Shown here: piece after piece, positions 1 to 9,358 of the stretch
Position numbering within the stretch: the stretch's first letter is position 1
Layout of the letters: each line of letters opens with the position of its first letter
Assembly (NCBI GenBank): GCA_963742415.1
Contig: CAVULX010000004.1
Span: forward strand, 192,001 to 256,000
Reading direction: 5' to 3'
Length of the DNA stretch: 64,000 nucleotides
Source of the DNA: an uncultured Parachlamydiaceae bacterium
GTDB taxonomy: Bacteria; Chlamydiota; Chlamydiia; Chlamydiales; Parachlamydiaceae
Position numbers and translations under genes: made by a program
Notes under the pieces: model-generated
Told to the model about the DNA's origin: nothing
Database searches by the model: none
What the model saw: only the letters and a program-made list of their open reading frames with translations

Positions 1-2027
1 GTCAATAAGGGGGGCTGGAAAACAAGCAGAATTCGATCAAGGACAAATTTATAGGTTTGCTCGATCTGCTTAAGCTGTTCGCTCAACTGGGCTCTTTCCT
101 CGGAAATGTGCCGCTCAAGATAATAAGCTAACTGCTGGCAGATAGTGTATAAAAAGTGTTTCTCTTCAAGATTCAGAGGGACATCTTTTTTTGGATGATA
201 GACGACAATCCCCACAATTTCTTGAAACCCTTTTAATGGAATATATAGATTTTGGGAGGATGATAATGTTTCACTATTCCATCCGGCTTCCTTGCCATTT
301 TCGAAAGCCCAAAGGGCGACGTTTTTTTCTTTTTCATCCAACGAGGGTGAATTGTCAAATTCTAAATTCCCGTCATTTCCTTTTGTTATGATTTCAAAAG
401 TGCCGTTAAACAGCTTGCTTAGGTGTTCTTTTACAGTCTGTAGAGCCATTTTTACAGACGGTATGGTCGCAAGCTGGCGGGCGATGTCATATAAAGCTTG
501 GGTGGAATCTTCCCTTTTTTCGAGCATCTCTTTTTGTTCTCGTGCTCTGTCGACTAAGATGCCGGTCGCTATCGCTGTGATGATATACAAAGCAATTAAG
601 GCACTGTCTTCGTCGGAAAAAATTAAAAATCTTCCAGCGGATGGAATAAAAAAAATTTCCCAAATAAAGGCGCATATAATCGAGGCCAAAATGACAGGAC
701 CTTTTGTGAAAAAAAGACTTAGAAACAAAATGCCCAACAGGAAAATGACCCCGATCACTTTATACATGACAAAAGGGGCAAGGGCCCAATTCAAGACTGT
801 TAGCAGTAAGACTAAAAGAAGGACATTAACATAGGAATATGCTTGAGATTGATATGCACGGGATTGAAGGCGTTTGCGTCTTGTTTGAGTATGTTCTTGC
901 CTTATGATGTGTACATCAATGTCTGTGCATTCTTTAGCGAACTTGTCGAAGATCGACATTTTTTGAAATAAGTAATAGAAAAGTCCTTTCGGAGGCCTCC
1001 CTAAAATTATTTGCGTCACACCACGCTGCCGGGCAATCCGTTGGATCCCCTTTGCAATATCGGGATCGTTCGTCATGATCACTTCACCGCCCAAATCACG
1101 CGCAAGGGCTAGATTTTTAGCTAACATATTTTTATCGGTTTCATCCAAGGTCCTTCCATCATTGACATATACCGCGATCCAAGGGGCATTAAGGGCGAAG
1201 GCAAGCCTTCGGGTTGTCCGAACGAGTTTTTGGGAATAAGGGCTATGGCTAATAGCTACCAAGAGTTTTTCTCGAGCCTTCCATCTTTCCGCATGCTCAA
1301 TAGTTGAAACCATTTTATGTAGATCGTGATCCACCTTTTCTGCAGCATACCGTAAAACAACTTCCCTCAAAGCGGTCAACCGGTCTTCCTGAAAAAAATT
1401 TTTTGCTGCAATTTCCGATTTATCTCCCAGATAAACTTTTCCTTCTTTTAGTCGCTGTAAAAGTTCGCTGGTGGTTAGATCAACGAGCTCAATAAAGGTG
1501 GCTGATTCGACAATGGAATCGGGCACCGTTTCCCGAATCTTTATACCCGTGATGCTTTCTACAATATCTTTGAGGCTTTCAATATGCTGGACGTTCAATG
1601 TCGTATAAACATCGATCCCATTCTCTAAAATCTCTATCACATCCATCCATCGTTTAGGATGGCGTGAACCAGGAACATTTGTATGGGCAAGTTCATCGAT
1701 TATAGCTAAAGATGGTTTTAATTTGATGATTTCATCGATGTCAAGCTCGCCAAAAAGGATATTTTTATATAGAATTTTTTTTTCAGGAATAATGGGGAGT
1801 CCCTGTGCAAGGGCTTCGGTTTCACGCCTGCTGTGGGTATTCACGGTGCCAATCACTAAAGAAAGCCCTTCGGCTTTGAGTTTTTGGGCAGCTTCAAGCA
1901 TAGCATAGGTTTTTCCTACACCCGCTGCCATCCCTAGAAATATTTTCAGATGCCCTTTGCTGCTTAGGGTCTCTTCTCGGGTGATTGCTTTGAGCAATGC
2001 ATCTGGATTGGGGCGTTCTTCTTCCAT
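1..2027 (-). CDS. kdpD: Osmosensitive K+ sensor histidine kinase KdpD (runs off the window start)
   Basis: Not in the ORF track because it has no stop in the window. ATG at 2027 reads MEEERPNPDALLKAI...GHLKIFLGMAAGVGKTYAML, the KdpD N-terminal Walker A, followed by DELAHTN, a USP domain and a TM region. Starts 1 nt after the kdpB stop. Confidence 0.93.
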   Translation of the reverse strand, partial: MEEERPNPDALLKAITREETLSSKGHLKIFLGMAAGVGKTYAMLEAAQKLKAEGLSLVIGTVNTHSRRETEALAQGLPIIPEKKILYKNILFGELDIDEIIKLKPSLAIIDELAHTNVPGSRHPKRWMDVIEILENGIDVYTTLNVQHIESLKDIVESITGIKIRETVPDSIVESATFIELVDLTTSELLQRLKEGKVYLGDKSEIAAKNFFQEDRLTALREVVLRYAAEKVDHDLHKMVSTIEHAERWKAREKLLVAISHSPYSQKLVRTTRRLAFALNAPWIAVYVNDGRTLDETDKNMLAKNLALARDLGGEVIMTNDPDIAKGIQRIARQRGVTQIILGRPPKGLFYYLFQKMSIFDKFAKECTDIDVHIIRQEHTQTRRKRLQSRAYQSQAYSYVNVLLLVLLLTVLNWALAPFVMYKVIGVIFLLGILFLSLFFTKGPVILASIICAFIWEIFFIPSAGRFLIFSDEDSALIALYIITAIATGILVDRAREQKEMLEKREDSTQALYDIARQLATIPSVKMALQTVKEHLSKLFNGTFEIITKGNDGNLEFDNSPSLDEKEKNVALWAFENGKEAGWNSETLSSSQNLYIPLKGFQEIVGIVVYHPKKDVPLNLEEKHFLYTICQQLAYYLERHISEERAQLSEQLKQIEQTYKFVLDRILLVFQPPLL

Positions 2028-4124
2028 TTATGCCACTAAACCTAAATAAGTGATAATGATATCAATTATTTTTATTCCAATAAACGGGGCGATAAGACCT
2101 CCTAAACCATAAATTAAAAGATTATTGCGCAATAGGGCATGGGCCGATTGAGCATGATATTGAACACCGCGCAGAGCCAATGGAATCAGTGCTATAATAA
2201 TTAAAGCATTAAAAATAACGGCGCTTAAAATGGCGCTTTGGTGCGAATGGAGCAGCATTATATTGAGGATCGCCAAAGGACCATGAGAATTGCCTTGGCT
2301 TAGATACAATGTGCCGAAAATGGCCGGAATAATCGCAAAATACTTGGCGACATCATTCGCGATGCTAAAAGTGGTTAAAGCTCCACGTGTCATGAGCATC
2401 TGTTTTCCAATTTGAACGATATCAATTAACTTTGTCGGATTGCTGTCCAAATCCACCATATTGCCGGCTTCGCGTGAAGCTTGCGTGCCGGTATTCATCG
2501 CAACGCCTACATCGGCTTGCGCTAAGGCAGGGGCATCATTTGTTCCATCACCAGTCATGGCAATGAGGCGGCCCCCTTCTTGCTCCTTTCTTATTCGAGC
2601 TAGTTTTATCTCAGGAGTGGCCTCGGCAATATATTCATCGATGCCTGCCTCAGCGGCTATTGCAGCAGCGGTAAAGGGATTATCTCCTGTGACCATGAGC
2701 GTGCGTATCCCCATCTTCCTCATTTCCGTGAACCTCTCTTTAATTCCCCCTTTTACGATATCTTTGAGATGGATAATTCCCATGATCTTTTGCCCATCGC
2801 TCACGAGAAGGGGGGTCCCCCCTTTATTCGAAATAGATTGGATGATGGTATCAAATTGCTGAGGATATTTTCCGCCAAGATGCTCGATGTGATGCTTGAT
2901 TGCGTCAGCGGCTCCTTTCCGGATCGAACGGATCACATTTCCTTTCTCATCTGTGAAGTCTACCCCGCTCATCCGTGTTTTAGCTGAGAAGGGGATAAAA
3001 ATGGAATTGCATGTTTCTAAAGACTCTGCACGTAAGCCAAACTGTGTTTTTGCAAGGACCACAATCGAGCGCCCTTCGGGTGTTTCATCCGAAAGTGAAG
3101 CTAGTTGTGCTATGCGAGCAAATTCTTTTTCCATAACATCCACAGCAGGCAAGAAGGCAGTGGCCATCCGGTTCCCTATGGTGATTGTGCCTGTTTTATC
3201 AAGAATCAATAAATCAATGTCGCCGGCGGCCTCAACCGAACGGCCGCTAGTCGCTATGACGTTGCGGCGGATGAGTCGATCCATGCCGGCAATGCCTACA
3301 GAGCTCAATAGAGCGCTAATCGTTGTAGGGATGAGGCAAACCAGGAGGGAAACAAGGATAGGGATGGTAATAATTACGGCAGAATTTCCTTTAGAGGCTG
3401 CGATGCTAAATTCAGCAAACATTTTGAGGGAGCTGGTGGTCAAAAGAAAAATGATAGTTAAACCAGACAAAATAATATTGAGAGCGATTTCATTTGGTGT
3501 TCGCTGCCGTTTCGCCCCTTCTATAAGGCGGATCATTCTATCTAAGAAATTGCTCCCGGGCTCAGAAGCTACTTGGATTCTTATTTTATCGCTCAAAACT
3601 TTTGTTCCGGCTGTTACGGCGTTGCGATCTCCTCCACTTTCTCGGATCACAGGGGCTGACTCGCCAGTAATAGCCGACTCATCTACTGTTGCTAATCCTT
3701 CGATCACTTCCCCATCTGATGGGATGATATCCCCCCCCTCGCAGATAATGATATCTCCCGTTTTCAGCTGAGAAGAGGGAGTTTTGACTTCCACACCCCC
3801 AACTTCTTGCCGGGCGTAAGCCTCGACTTTGGTTTTTTTCAAGCTGGCAGCTTGTGCTTTGCCTCGGCTTTCCGCAATCGTTTGGGCAAAATTGGCAAAG
3901 AGGAGGGTAAACCACAGCCAGAGTGTAATCTGAAAATCGAACCAAGAAAGGCGATGATGGGAAATTTCTTCAAGCACACACAGCGTAGTGACGACGGCCC
4001 CTAAGTAAGTGACAAACATGACCGGTGTTTTTATTTGTGCCTGGGGGGTAAGCATCGCGAAGGCTTCTTTTATCGAGCTAAGCACCATTCGGGTGTTAAG
4101 AAGATGAACTTCTTTTTTTTTCAT
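2028..4124 (-). CDS. kdpB: K+-transporting P-type ATPase subunit B
   Basis: TGES, DKTGTIT, KGA and [18 protein letters not shown] motifs, plus KdpB-specific LIPTTI and [17 protein letters not shown]. Confidence 0.97.
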   Translation of the reverse strand: MKKKEVHLLNTRMVLSSIKEAFAMLTPQAQIKTPVMFVTYLGAVVTTLCVLEEISHHRLSWFDFQITLWLWFTLLFANFAQTIAESRGKAQAASLKKTKVEAYARQEVGGVEVKTPSSQLKTGDIIICEGGDIIPSDGEVIEGLATVDESAITGESAPVIRESGGDRNAVTAGTKVLSDKIRIQVASEPGSNFLDRMIRLIEGAKRQRTPNEIALNIILSGLTIIFLLTTSSLKMFAEFSIAASKGNSAVIITIPILVSLLVCLIPTTISALLSSVGIAGMDRLIRRNVIATSGRSVEAAGDIDLLILDKTGTITIGNRMATAFLPAVDVMEKEFARIAQLASLSDETPEGRSIVVLAKTQFGLRAESLETCNSIFIPFSAKTRMSGVDFTDEKGNVIRSIRKGAADAIKHHIEHLGGKYPQQFDTIIQSISNKGGTPLLVSDGQKIMGIIHLKDIVKGGIKERFTEMRKMGIRTLMVTGDNPFTAAAIAAEAGIDEYIAEATPEIKLARIRKEQEGGRLIAMTGDGTNDAPALAQADVGVAMNTGTQASREAGNMVDLDSNPTKLIDIVQIGKQMLMTRGALTTFSIANDVAKYFAIIPAIFGTLYLSQGNSHGPLAILNIMLLHSHQSAILSAVIFNALIIIALIPLALRGVQYHAQSAHALLRNNLLIYGLGGLIAPFIGIKIIDIIITYLGLVA

Positions 4125-4215
4125 AATTTTTCCTAAGAAGTAAATAATTACGATTCTATGAAAAAATTTTTTAATTTCAATGGCTTGAATTAAATACTGA
4201 AGGAGCGGGGCTGAT

Positions 4216-4851
4216 TCACCACTGAGCCAGGTTAGTTCATCACTGAGCCAGTGAGATCACTGAGAAGGTTTGAGAGCAATGAGAATAGTTACGCTGTTAT
4301 TAGATCAGACCTTGGAGTCTGTCAGTTTTTTGGAGTGCGTCGGCTTGCCGCATAGGCATCAAGCTAAAATAAACCATTTCTTACCAGGCTGAAAGCCTGG
4401 TTTACAATAGCCTGGGGCATCGCCCCAGGTAATATCGTGCATAATTATTTGCAGGCTGAAGGCCTGCAATATTAATGCACAATTCCCTGATGTTCAGGAA
4501 GTTAAAACTTCCAATTCCCTGGGGCGATGCCCCAGGCTATTATATGGCAGGCTTTCAGCCTGCGAATGGTTTTTATGACAATACCTGGGCGATGCCCCAG
4601 GCTATTATATGGCAGGCTTTCAGCCTGCGAATGGTTTTTATGACAATACCTGGGCGATGCCCCAGGCTATCATATGGCAGGCTTTCAGCCTGGTAAGAAA
4701 TGGTTTATTTTAGCTTGATGCCTATGCGGCAAGCCGACGCACTCCAAAAAACTGCCTGATCTAATAACAGCGTAGCTATTCTCATTGCTCTCAAGCCTTC
4801 TCAGTGATCTCACTGGCTCAGCGGTGAACTACCCACCAGGCTCAGCGGTGA
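4216..4851. repeat. ~640-bp composite palindrome (REPIN/BIME-like), families A>C>E nested
   Basis: Arms ~4216-4429 and ~4649-4851. Segment 4323-4399 is the exact reverse complement of 4678-4754 (77 bp). The core holds REP-like hairpins CCTGGGGCATCGCCCCAGG and CAGGCTGAAAGCCTG. Confidence 0.92.
4518..4692. repeat. Tandem 65-66 bp units of paired REP-like hairpins (~2.7 copies)
   Basis: Units start at 4518, 4584 and 4649: cctggg(g)cgatgccccaggctattatatggcaggctttcagcctgcgaatggtttttatgacaata. Confidence 0.92.
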
Positions 4852-5544
4852 GGGAAGATGGCCGAGGTTTTCAAAAGCTGACCGGAGCTCCCCATTTTCA
4901 GCCTTTTCGAAAACCCCATTAGATGCCATCCAAAGAACATAATCTTTAGGGACTAGCTTTAAAGGAGTACCTTGGTATTTTCCGAAAGGCATATGTTGAA
5001 GGGCTTTAGGCTTATTAAGCAAAAGCTGAACAGTTTCGATAGGTAGGTCATCGGTCATCTGAGAAAAAATTTGATGCAGAACGATGACATCGTCCAAAGC
5101 TCTATGGGCATTATTTGCAGGGACATAATAAATTTCCCGTAGAAATTGCAGGGTATGGCGGGGCAAGTCGGGACGGTAACGGCGAGCCCACTTGAGACTG
5201 TCCAAAAAACGCCACTCTGGCATCGTTTTTTTGTTTCTATTGAACTCATGGTGTAGGAAATGGCGGTCAAAAGCATCATTATTATGTGCGATAAGGATAA
5301 CATCCCCATCACAGAAATTGATGAACGCGTCTGCTACTTCGGAAAAAGAAGGGGATTGGCTCACCATCTCATCAGTAATTTTGTGGATAGCTGTGGCGTC
5401 TTTAGGAATAGGGATGCCGGGATTAATCAACTGCTCGAAACTTTTCTGGTTGACCGGATCGAACGCAGCAATTTCGATCACCCGATCGTTTTCCGGTTTT
5501 ATCCCGGTTGTTTCAGTGTCGTAGAAGATAGGGCGAAGGGGCAT
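4810..5544 (-). CDS. dnaQ: DNA polymerase III epsilon-like DEDDh exonuclease with C-terminal MPFGKY (DUF3820-like) domain
   Basis: FYDTETTG, AHNNDAFD and HRALDD motifs; MPFGKYQG. Confidence 0.9.
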   Translation of the reverse strand: MPLRPIFYDTETTGIKPENDRVIEIAAFDPVNQKSFEQLINPGIPIPKDATAIHKITDEMVSQSPSFSEVADAFINFCDGDVILIAHNNDAFDRHFLHHEFNRNKKTMPEWRFLDSLKWARRYRPDLPRHTLQFLREIYYVPANNAHRALDDVIVLHQIFSQMTDDLPIETVQLLLNKPKALQHMPFGKYQGTPLKLVPKDYVLWMASNGVFEKAENGELRSAFENLGHLPSPLSLVGSSPLSQ

Positions 5545-5546
5545 TT

Positions 5547-6023
5547 TTATTTATTTTGTTTCGCTTGGTTTTCTTTGACTTTTTTTAGCACTTCGCTAAA
5601 GGTGGTTATGCCGCCGGCAACGGCAGAGGCGACGGGGGCAAACGTTTGGCAGATGGTTTGGATCGAATTTAAGTAGGAATTGAAGACATCTTCACTGATT
5701 TGATTATCGATCACGGGGATCATGACTCGATAAAAGATCAGAGATGAGGTTTCATCTAAACAAAAGCCAGGAATGTCCAATTCTTTATTTAGATAATGAA
5801 GTAGGCGCGCAACATCATTGACGCTGCTTGCTTTAAGTGTGCAGGGGATGAAGGCTAAAAGTTGGAGAAGCTCTCCCCCTTCAAAAATTCTAATAAATAG
5901 AGGAAACTCTTTTCCCCCATACTTAAAAACGATGTACACTTGATTTGTTTCAGCTTGCTTTTGAGCGGACAATTTCTTGTTTTCAAGGTAGTCTTGAAGG
6001 GCATCAAGGGTGACGGGGATCAT
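5547..6023 (-). CDS. YbjN/CesT-fold T3SS chaperone, Mcsc(CT260)-like
   Basis: 158 aa, LLQLLAFIP and VARLLHYLNKELDIPGFCLDE; sits directly upstream of dnaQ as in chlamydiae. Confidence 0.75.
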   Translation of the reverse strand: MIPVTLDALQDYLENKKLSAQKQAETNQVYIVFKYGGKEFPLFIRIFEGGELLQLLAFIPCTLKASSVNDVARLLHYLNKELDIPGFCLDETSSLIFYRVMIPVIDNQISEDVFNSYLNSIQTICQTFAPVASAVAGGITTFSEVLKKVKENQAKQNK

Positions 6024-6319
6024 TGGGGCTCCTTCGATACAGCGACAGAAGTTTCTTCTTCTTTTTCTGCACTTTTCATTTCACTTTGCAAGCTGTGGGC
6101 GATATCTTTTGCAGAAATGGCGTGCTTTTGGATAGCGCCTTGCTTGTTGCTTTTTTCAACTTCTTTTAAAAGCAATTCATTTCGGTAAATAGGGGTCTCT
6201 TTATCGGCTTCTATTCCTATAGAGACTTTATCCCCTTGAATTTTTAAAATCGTGATAACTATCTTCTTGTTTTTGCCGATAACAATTTTTTCTTCAGCTT
6301 TTCTAGTCAATACAAGCAT
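6020..6319 (-). CDS. csrA: Carbon storage regulator CsrA, long C-terminal form
   Basis: MLVLTRK..E.IVIG...ITILKIQGDKVSIGIEA..PIYRNEL; ATG at 6319; 4-nt overlap with the chaperone gene. Confidence 0.92.
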   Translation of the reverse strand: MLVLTRKAEEKIVIGKNKKIVITILKIQGDKVSIGIEADKETPIYRNELLLKEVEKSNKQGAIQKHAISAKDIAHSLQSEMKSAEKEEETSVAVSKEPQ

Positions 6320-6417
6320 TTTCACACCTCGTTGGGAGTTAATTCAGAAACGGCATCATTAACTATCCTATCATATTTTGATTCTGTTTTGCAATGCATG
6401 TTTTATCATTTAATAAC

Positions 6418-6576
6418 TTAATAACCGATTTGTGGAACGGGGCCTTGAGACTTCTCACGGGTAACCGACGGGTTATTCGTTGTGGGAAGAACGCAATAAT
6501 CTTCTTCGGAAGGCATCCTATAGCAAGAAGCGCAAACGATCATGATGAGCGCAGTGCAAAGGCAAATTATTTTCAT
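6418..6576 (-). CDS. Small putative lipoprotein (52 aa, below the ORF-track cutoff)
   Basis: MKIICLCTALIMIVCASCYRMPSEEDYCVLPTTNNPSVTREKSQGPVPQIGY; upstream AAGGA; signal peptide with lipobox-like CASC. Confidence 0.65.
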   Translation of the reverse strand: MKIICLCTALIMIVCASCYRMPSEEDYCVLPTTNNPSVTREKSQGPVPQIGY

Positions 6577-6714
6577 ATGGGATATTTCCTTGTTTATCTT
6601 GAGATCGTAAATAAAACGACATTATGAGCACCCTAAAGAATTCTTGCAATATCATTGTTTACCACCCTTCCCCCTACTCTGTAGTGAAAAATTCGGGCAA
6701 GGACGGGCAAGAAA

Positions 6715-7551
6715 TCATCTGCTCATGTGTTCTACAATGCTTTCCGCTAAGTTTGAGACGGCTTGGAAGGATTCTTTATAAATGGGTTGCACGCGGCCCA
6801 TGGAAAGCAACATCACCAAAAAGGCAAATAAAATGCGCATGGGAAGTCCTGTAAGCAAGAGATTCATCTCTGGAACAACCCGAACGGTAAAGGCTATGCC
6901 GATGATTTGAGTAGAGAGTATAATAATTGCAATTGCCCCAAACTTGACAGCATAGATGAAGATCCAAGAAGTGCCGTTGGCAAGATCGTAAATGACTTCA
7001 GGAGAGAGTCGAAATTCCCCTATAGGGATCAGCCAAAAACTTTCCGCAACTAAACGGATAAACGTATGATGAAAATCCACAACCAGCATGAGAACAGAGC
7101 CGGCAATGATAAAGAGGTATCCAAACAAAGAATGAAATTCAAACGAAAAGGGATCGAGGAAATGCGCCGTAGAAAAGCCGATCATGTTGTCGACAAGCTC
7201 TCCGGTCATCATCATGGCTTCAAAAACAACGTTGAAACAAAATCCTATTATATACCCGACGGCGATCTCTTTGGCGCAAATCAGAACGATTTCGAAGAAA
7301 TCACTGTTTTTAGATAATCCCGCAACCGCTAAGGAATATTGGGCGTCAGGTCCATGGTATTGGGGATAGAGGGTCATGGCTAGCAGCAGCGTAATGAAAA
7401 AGACGATAAACAATCGAAGCAATGGGGTGATCATTCTGTTTGCAAGCAGGGGAGAAACAAGGAAAAGGCCCAAAACGCGCATGAATATGAACAACATAAA
7501 AAAGACACTTTCAGGATCAAAAGAATCCAATGAAATGTGTGATGGAGCCAT
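6715..7551 (-). CDS. fliR: Flagellar export gate protein FliR
   Basis: Multi-TM protein with IFMRVLGLFLVSPLL, GELVDNMIGF, VDFHHTFI and RVVPEMNLLLTGLPMRI; follows fliPQ; start taken at ATG 7551. Confidence 0.87.
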   Translation of the reverse strand: MAPSHISLDSFDPESVFFMLFIFMRVLGLFLVSPLLANRMITPLLRLFIVFFITLLLAMTLYPQYHGPDAQYSLAVAGLSKNSDFFEIVLICAKEIAVGYIIGFCFNVVFEAMMMTGELVDNMIGFSTAHFLDPFSFEFHSLFGYLFIIAGSVLMLVVDFHHTFIRLVAESFWLIPIGEFRLSPEVIYDLANGTSWIFIYAVKFGAIAIIILSTQIIGIAFTVRVVPEMNLLLTGLPMRILFAFLVMLLSMGRVQPIYKESFQAVSNLAESIVEHMSR

Positions 7552-7553
7552 AC

Positions 7554-7844
7554 TTACAAAGCCAGGCTTGTGGAACTCATGATGGTGTTCCAATGGTTGA
7601 AGATGATGTCATAACTAAAGCGTATCATCACCTTGAGCATCCACGGGAAAAGTATCGCGAAAGTCAAGCAGAAGCAAAGCAGTTTGGGAATAAAGATTAA
7701 AGTTGTTTCAGTAATCTGAGTGACCGATTGGAAAATGGAGACCCCCAGTCCGATAAATAGAGTGATGACAAGCATAGGTATGCTAATTTCGGCAGCAACA
7801 AAGAGGGAAAAACGGATGAGATCTGTAACCTGCCCTTCTGTCAT
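7554..7844 (-). CDS. fliQ: Flagellar export gate protein FliQ
   Basis: GLGVSIFQSVTQITETTLIFIPKL...PWM; ATG at 7844. Confidence 0.88.
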   Translation of the reverse strand: MTEGQVTDLIRFSLFVAAEISIPMLVITLFIGLGVSIFQSVTQITETTLIFIPKLLCFCLTFAILFPWMLKVMIRFSYDIIFNHWNTIMSSTSLAL

Positions 7845-7857
7845 AAATAATCTTTTC

Positions 7858-8733
7858 CTATTGATATCCTTTGACCATTTGGAAAACAACAATCCTCCAA
7901 CCATCGATCATAATAAAGAGCAATAATTTAAATGGGGTTGAAACCATAATGGGGGGCAGCATCATCATTCCCATAGACATTAAAACCGAGGCGACAACCA
8001 TGTCGATGATTAAAAAGGGGAGAAATAATAAAAAACCCATCATAAAAGCGGTGCGTAATTCGGAAAGCATAAAAGCGGGGATGATGCAAGACCAAGGAAC
8101 TTGGTCAATGTCTTGCTGAATAAAAGCGTGATCCCCATTTTCTTCGATGAGGCCATCCTCGTTTAGAGAAAAGTGCACATGGGCAATATCGACAAAAAGC
8201 TCTAAGTCTTTTTCACGAATATGACTCAATAGGAATTTCCGAAGGGGTTGCCAGGCTCTTTGAAAAAGGACCGCTTCTTCAGTCGCGGACCCAGATTTTA
8301 TGGCCGGCAGATTTTTAAGTTCACCCCGAAGATAGGGTGTAAAGGCTTCTGTTTGTATTTCCTTTATGACCGGCTGCATTATAAAGCCTGTCAGAATCAA
8401 AGAGAGGCCTATAATGATTTGGTTCGAAGGAATCTGCGCAGAACCTAGAGCTTGACGGAGGAATTGGAAAACAATCGTGATGCGGGTGAATGAAGTCATC
8501 ATCATCACGCCAAAAGGGATTAAAGAGATCACCGTTAAAAAACCGATGATCTTGAATTGATTTTTTAATGTTAAAAAACTCGCTGCATCCACCACTTGCG
8601 ATTGTGTGGCGGGTTGGATCAACGAATGGATCGAAGAGGAAAGATCTTCAGCAAAAACGGCATTATAGCTTAATGAAGCGAAGCTAAAAGTTAGAAAGAG
8701 GATCAAATAGATTTTATACTTAGATATATGCAT
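7858..8733 (-). CDS. fliP: Flagellar export gate protein FliP
   Basis: N-terminal signal peptide; MTSFTRITIVFQFLRQALG; MGMMMLPP..STPFKLLLF..DGW. The SFTR and LPP patterns are FliP-type rather than SctR-type. Confidence 0.88.
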   Translation of the reverse strand: MHISKYKIYLILFLTFSFASLSYNAVFAEDLSSSIHSLIQPATQSQVVDAASFLTLKNQFKIIGFLTVISLIPFGVMMMTSFTRITIVFQFLRQALGSAQIPSNQIIIGLSLILTGFIMQPVIKEIQTEAFTPYLRGELKNLPAIKSGSATEEAVLFQRAWQPLRKFLLSHIREKDLELFVDIAHVHFSLNEDGLIEENGDHAFIQQDIDQVPWSCIIPAFMLSELRTAFMMGFLLFLPFLIIDMVVASVLMSMGMMMLPPIMVSTPFKLLLFIMIDGWRIVVFQMVKGYQ

Positions 8734-8748
8734 GAAAGTCCCGCGGGA

Positions 8749-9273
8749 TTAGGGATTTTTTTCTTGATCCATTTTTTCTTTTAAAAGGGTGTCGAAAGAA
8801 GAAGGTTCTTTATTGCCGACGTTAAATTGTTCCAATCGCGTAAGGCCGTTGATCGATTCGGCAACTATGATCCCTCTTCCTTTAACCTCTAAAATGTAAA
8901 TCGTCGTTTTAGGTGTTAACGCCCGCCTTTCGAGAATTTTAATATCGCTCGATACATTCATTTGTTGAATGCGGGTATTCATCATTTTCTTGAGAAACCA
9001 AGAGATGAGAAATATCAACACAACGATCAATCCCAAGGAGGTCAGCATATTCATAAAACCACGAAGGAAGTGATCTTCCGTGCCCGCTCCATTTTTTAAA
9101 TCTTCCAAAGAAAAGGGGGCAGGAGGTTGTTGAGACTTGTCAGGAGCAGGGGACTCCTTTTCTATGGTCGTGTTTTTGGGTGGTTCAGCATCCTGAGCAA
9201 AACATTGAAATGAGCAAGAAAAGAGGAAGAGGATAAGGATGATTGACTTCTGTATGCAAGGAATATTGATCAT
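8749..9273 (-). CDS. fliO: FliO/FliZ family flagellar biogenesis protein
   Basis: Signal peptide, one TM, then IKILERRALTPKTTIYILEVKGRGIIVAES; directly upstream of fliP. Confidence 0.8.
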   Translation of the reverse strand: MINIPCIQKSIILILFLFSCSFQCFAQDAEPPKNTTIEKESPAPDKSQQPPAPFSLEDLKNGAGTEDHFLRGFMNMLTSLGLIVVLIFLISWFLKKMMNTRIQQMNVSSDIKILERRALTPKTTIYILEVKGRGIIVAESINGLTRLEQFNVGNKEPSSFDTLLKEKMDQEKNP

Positions 9274-9358
9274 TAACTGCTCCGTATGGTATTTTGAACT
9301 TTGATCGTAATTTTTTCTGGCTTTTTTTTAAATATTTTTTATCAATTAGGTTCAATTT

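Noticed and set aside
191..4004. Plus-strand ORFs such as 292-834 and 2896-3771, and similar antisense ORFs elsewhere
   Set aside because: They are shadow ORFs opposite well-supported genes (kdpD, kdpB and others)
4518..4692. Possible CRISPR array (palindromic repeats at ~65-bp period)
   Set aside because: The intervening sequences are identical rather than unique spacers, there are under three full units, and there are no cas genes
4475..4696. 73-aa ORF
   Set aside because: It is a translation of the tandem repeat
6715..8733. Calling these genes injectisome sctR/S/T
   Set aside because: Upstream fliO, the FliP signal peptide and the SFTR/LPP motifs favour the flagellar type
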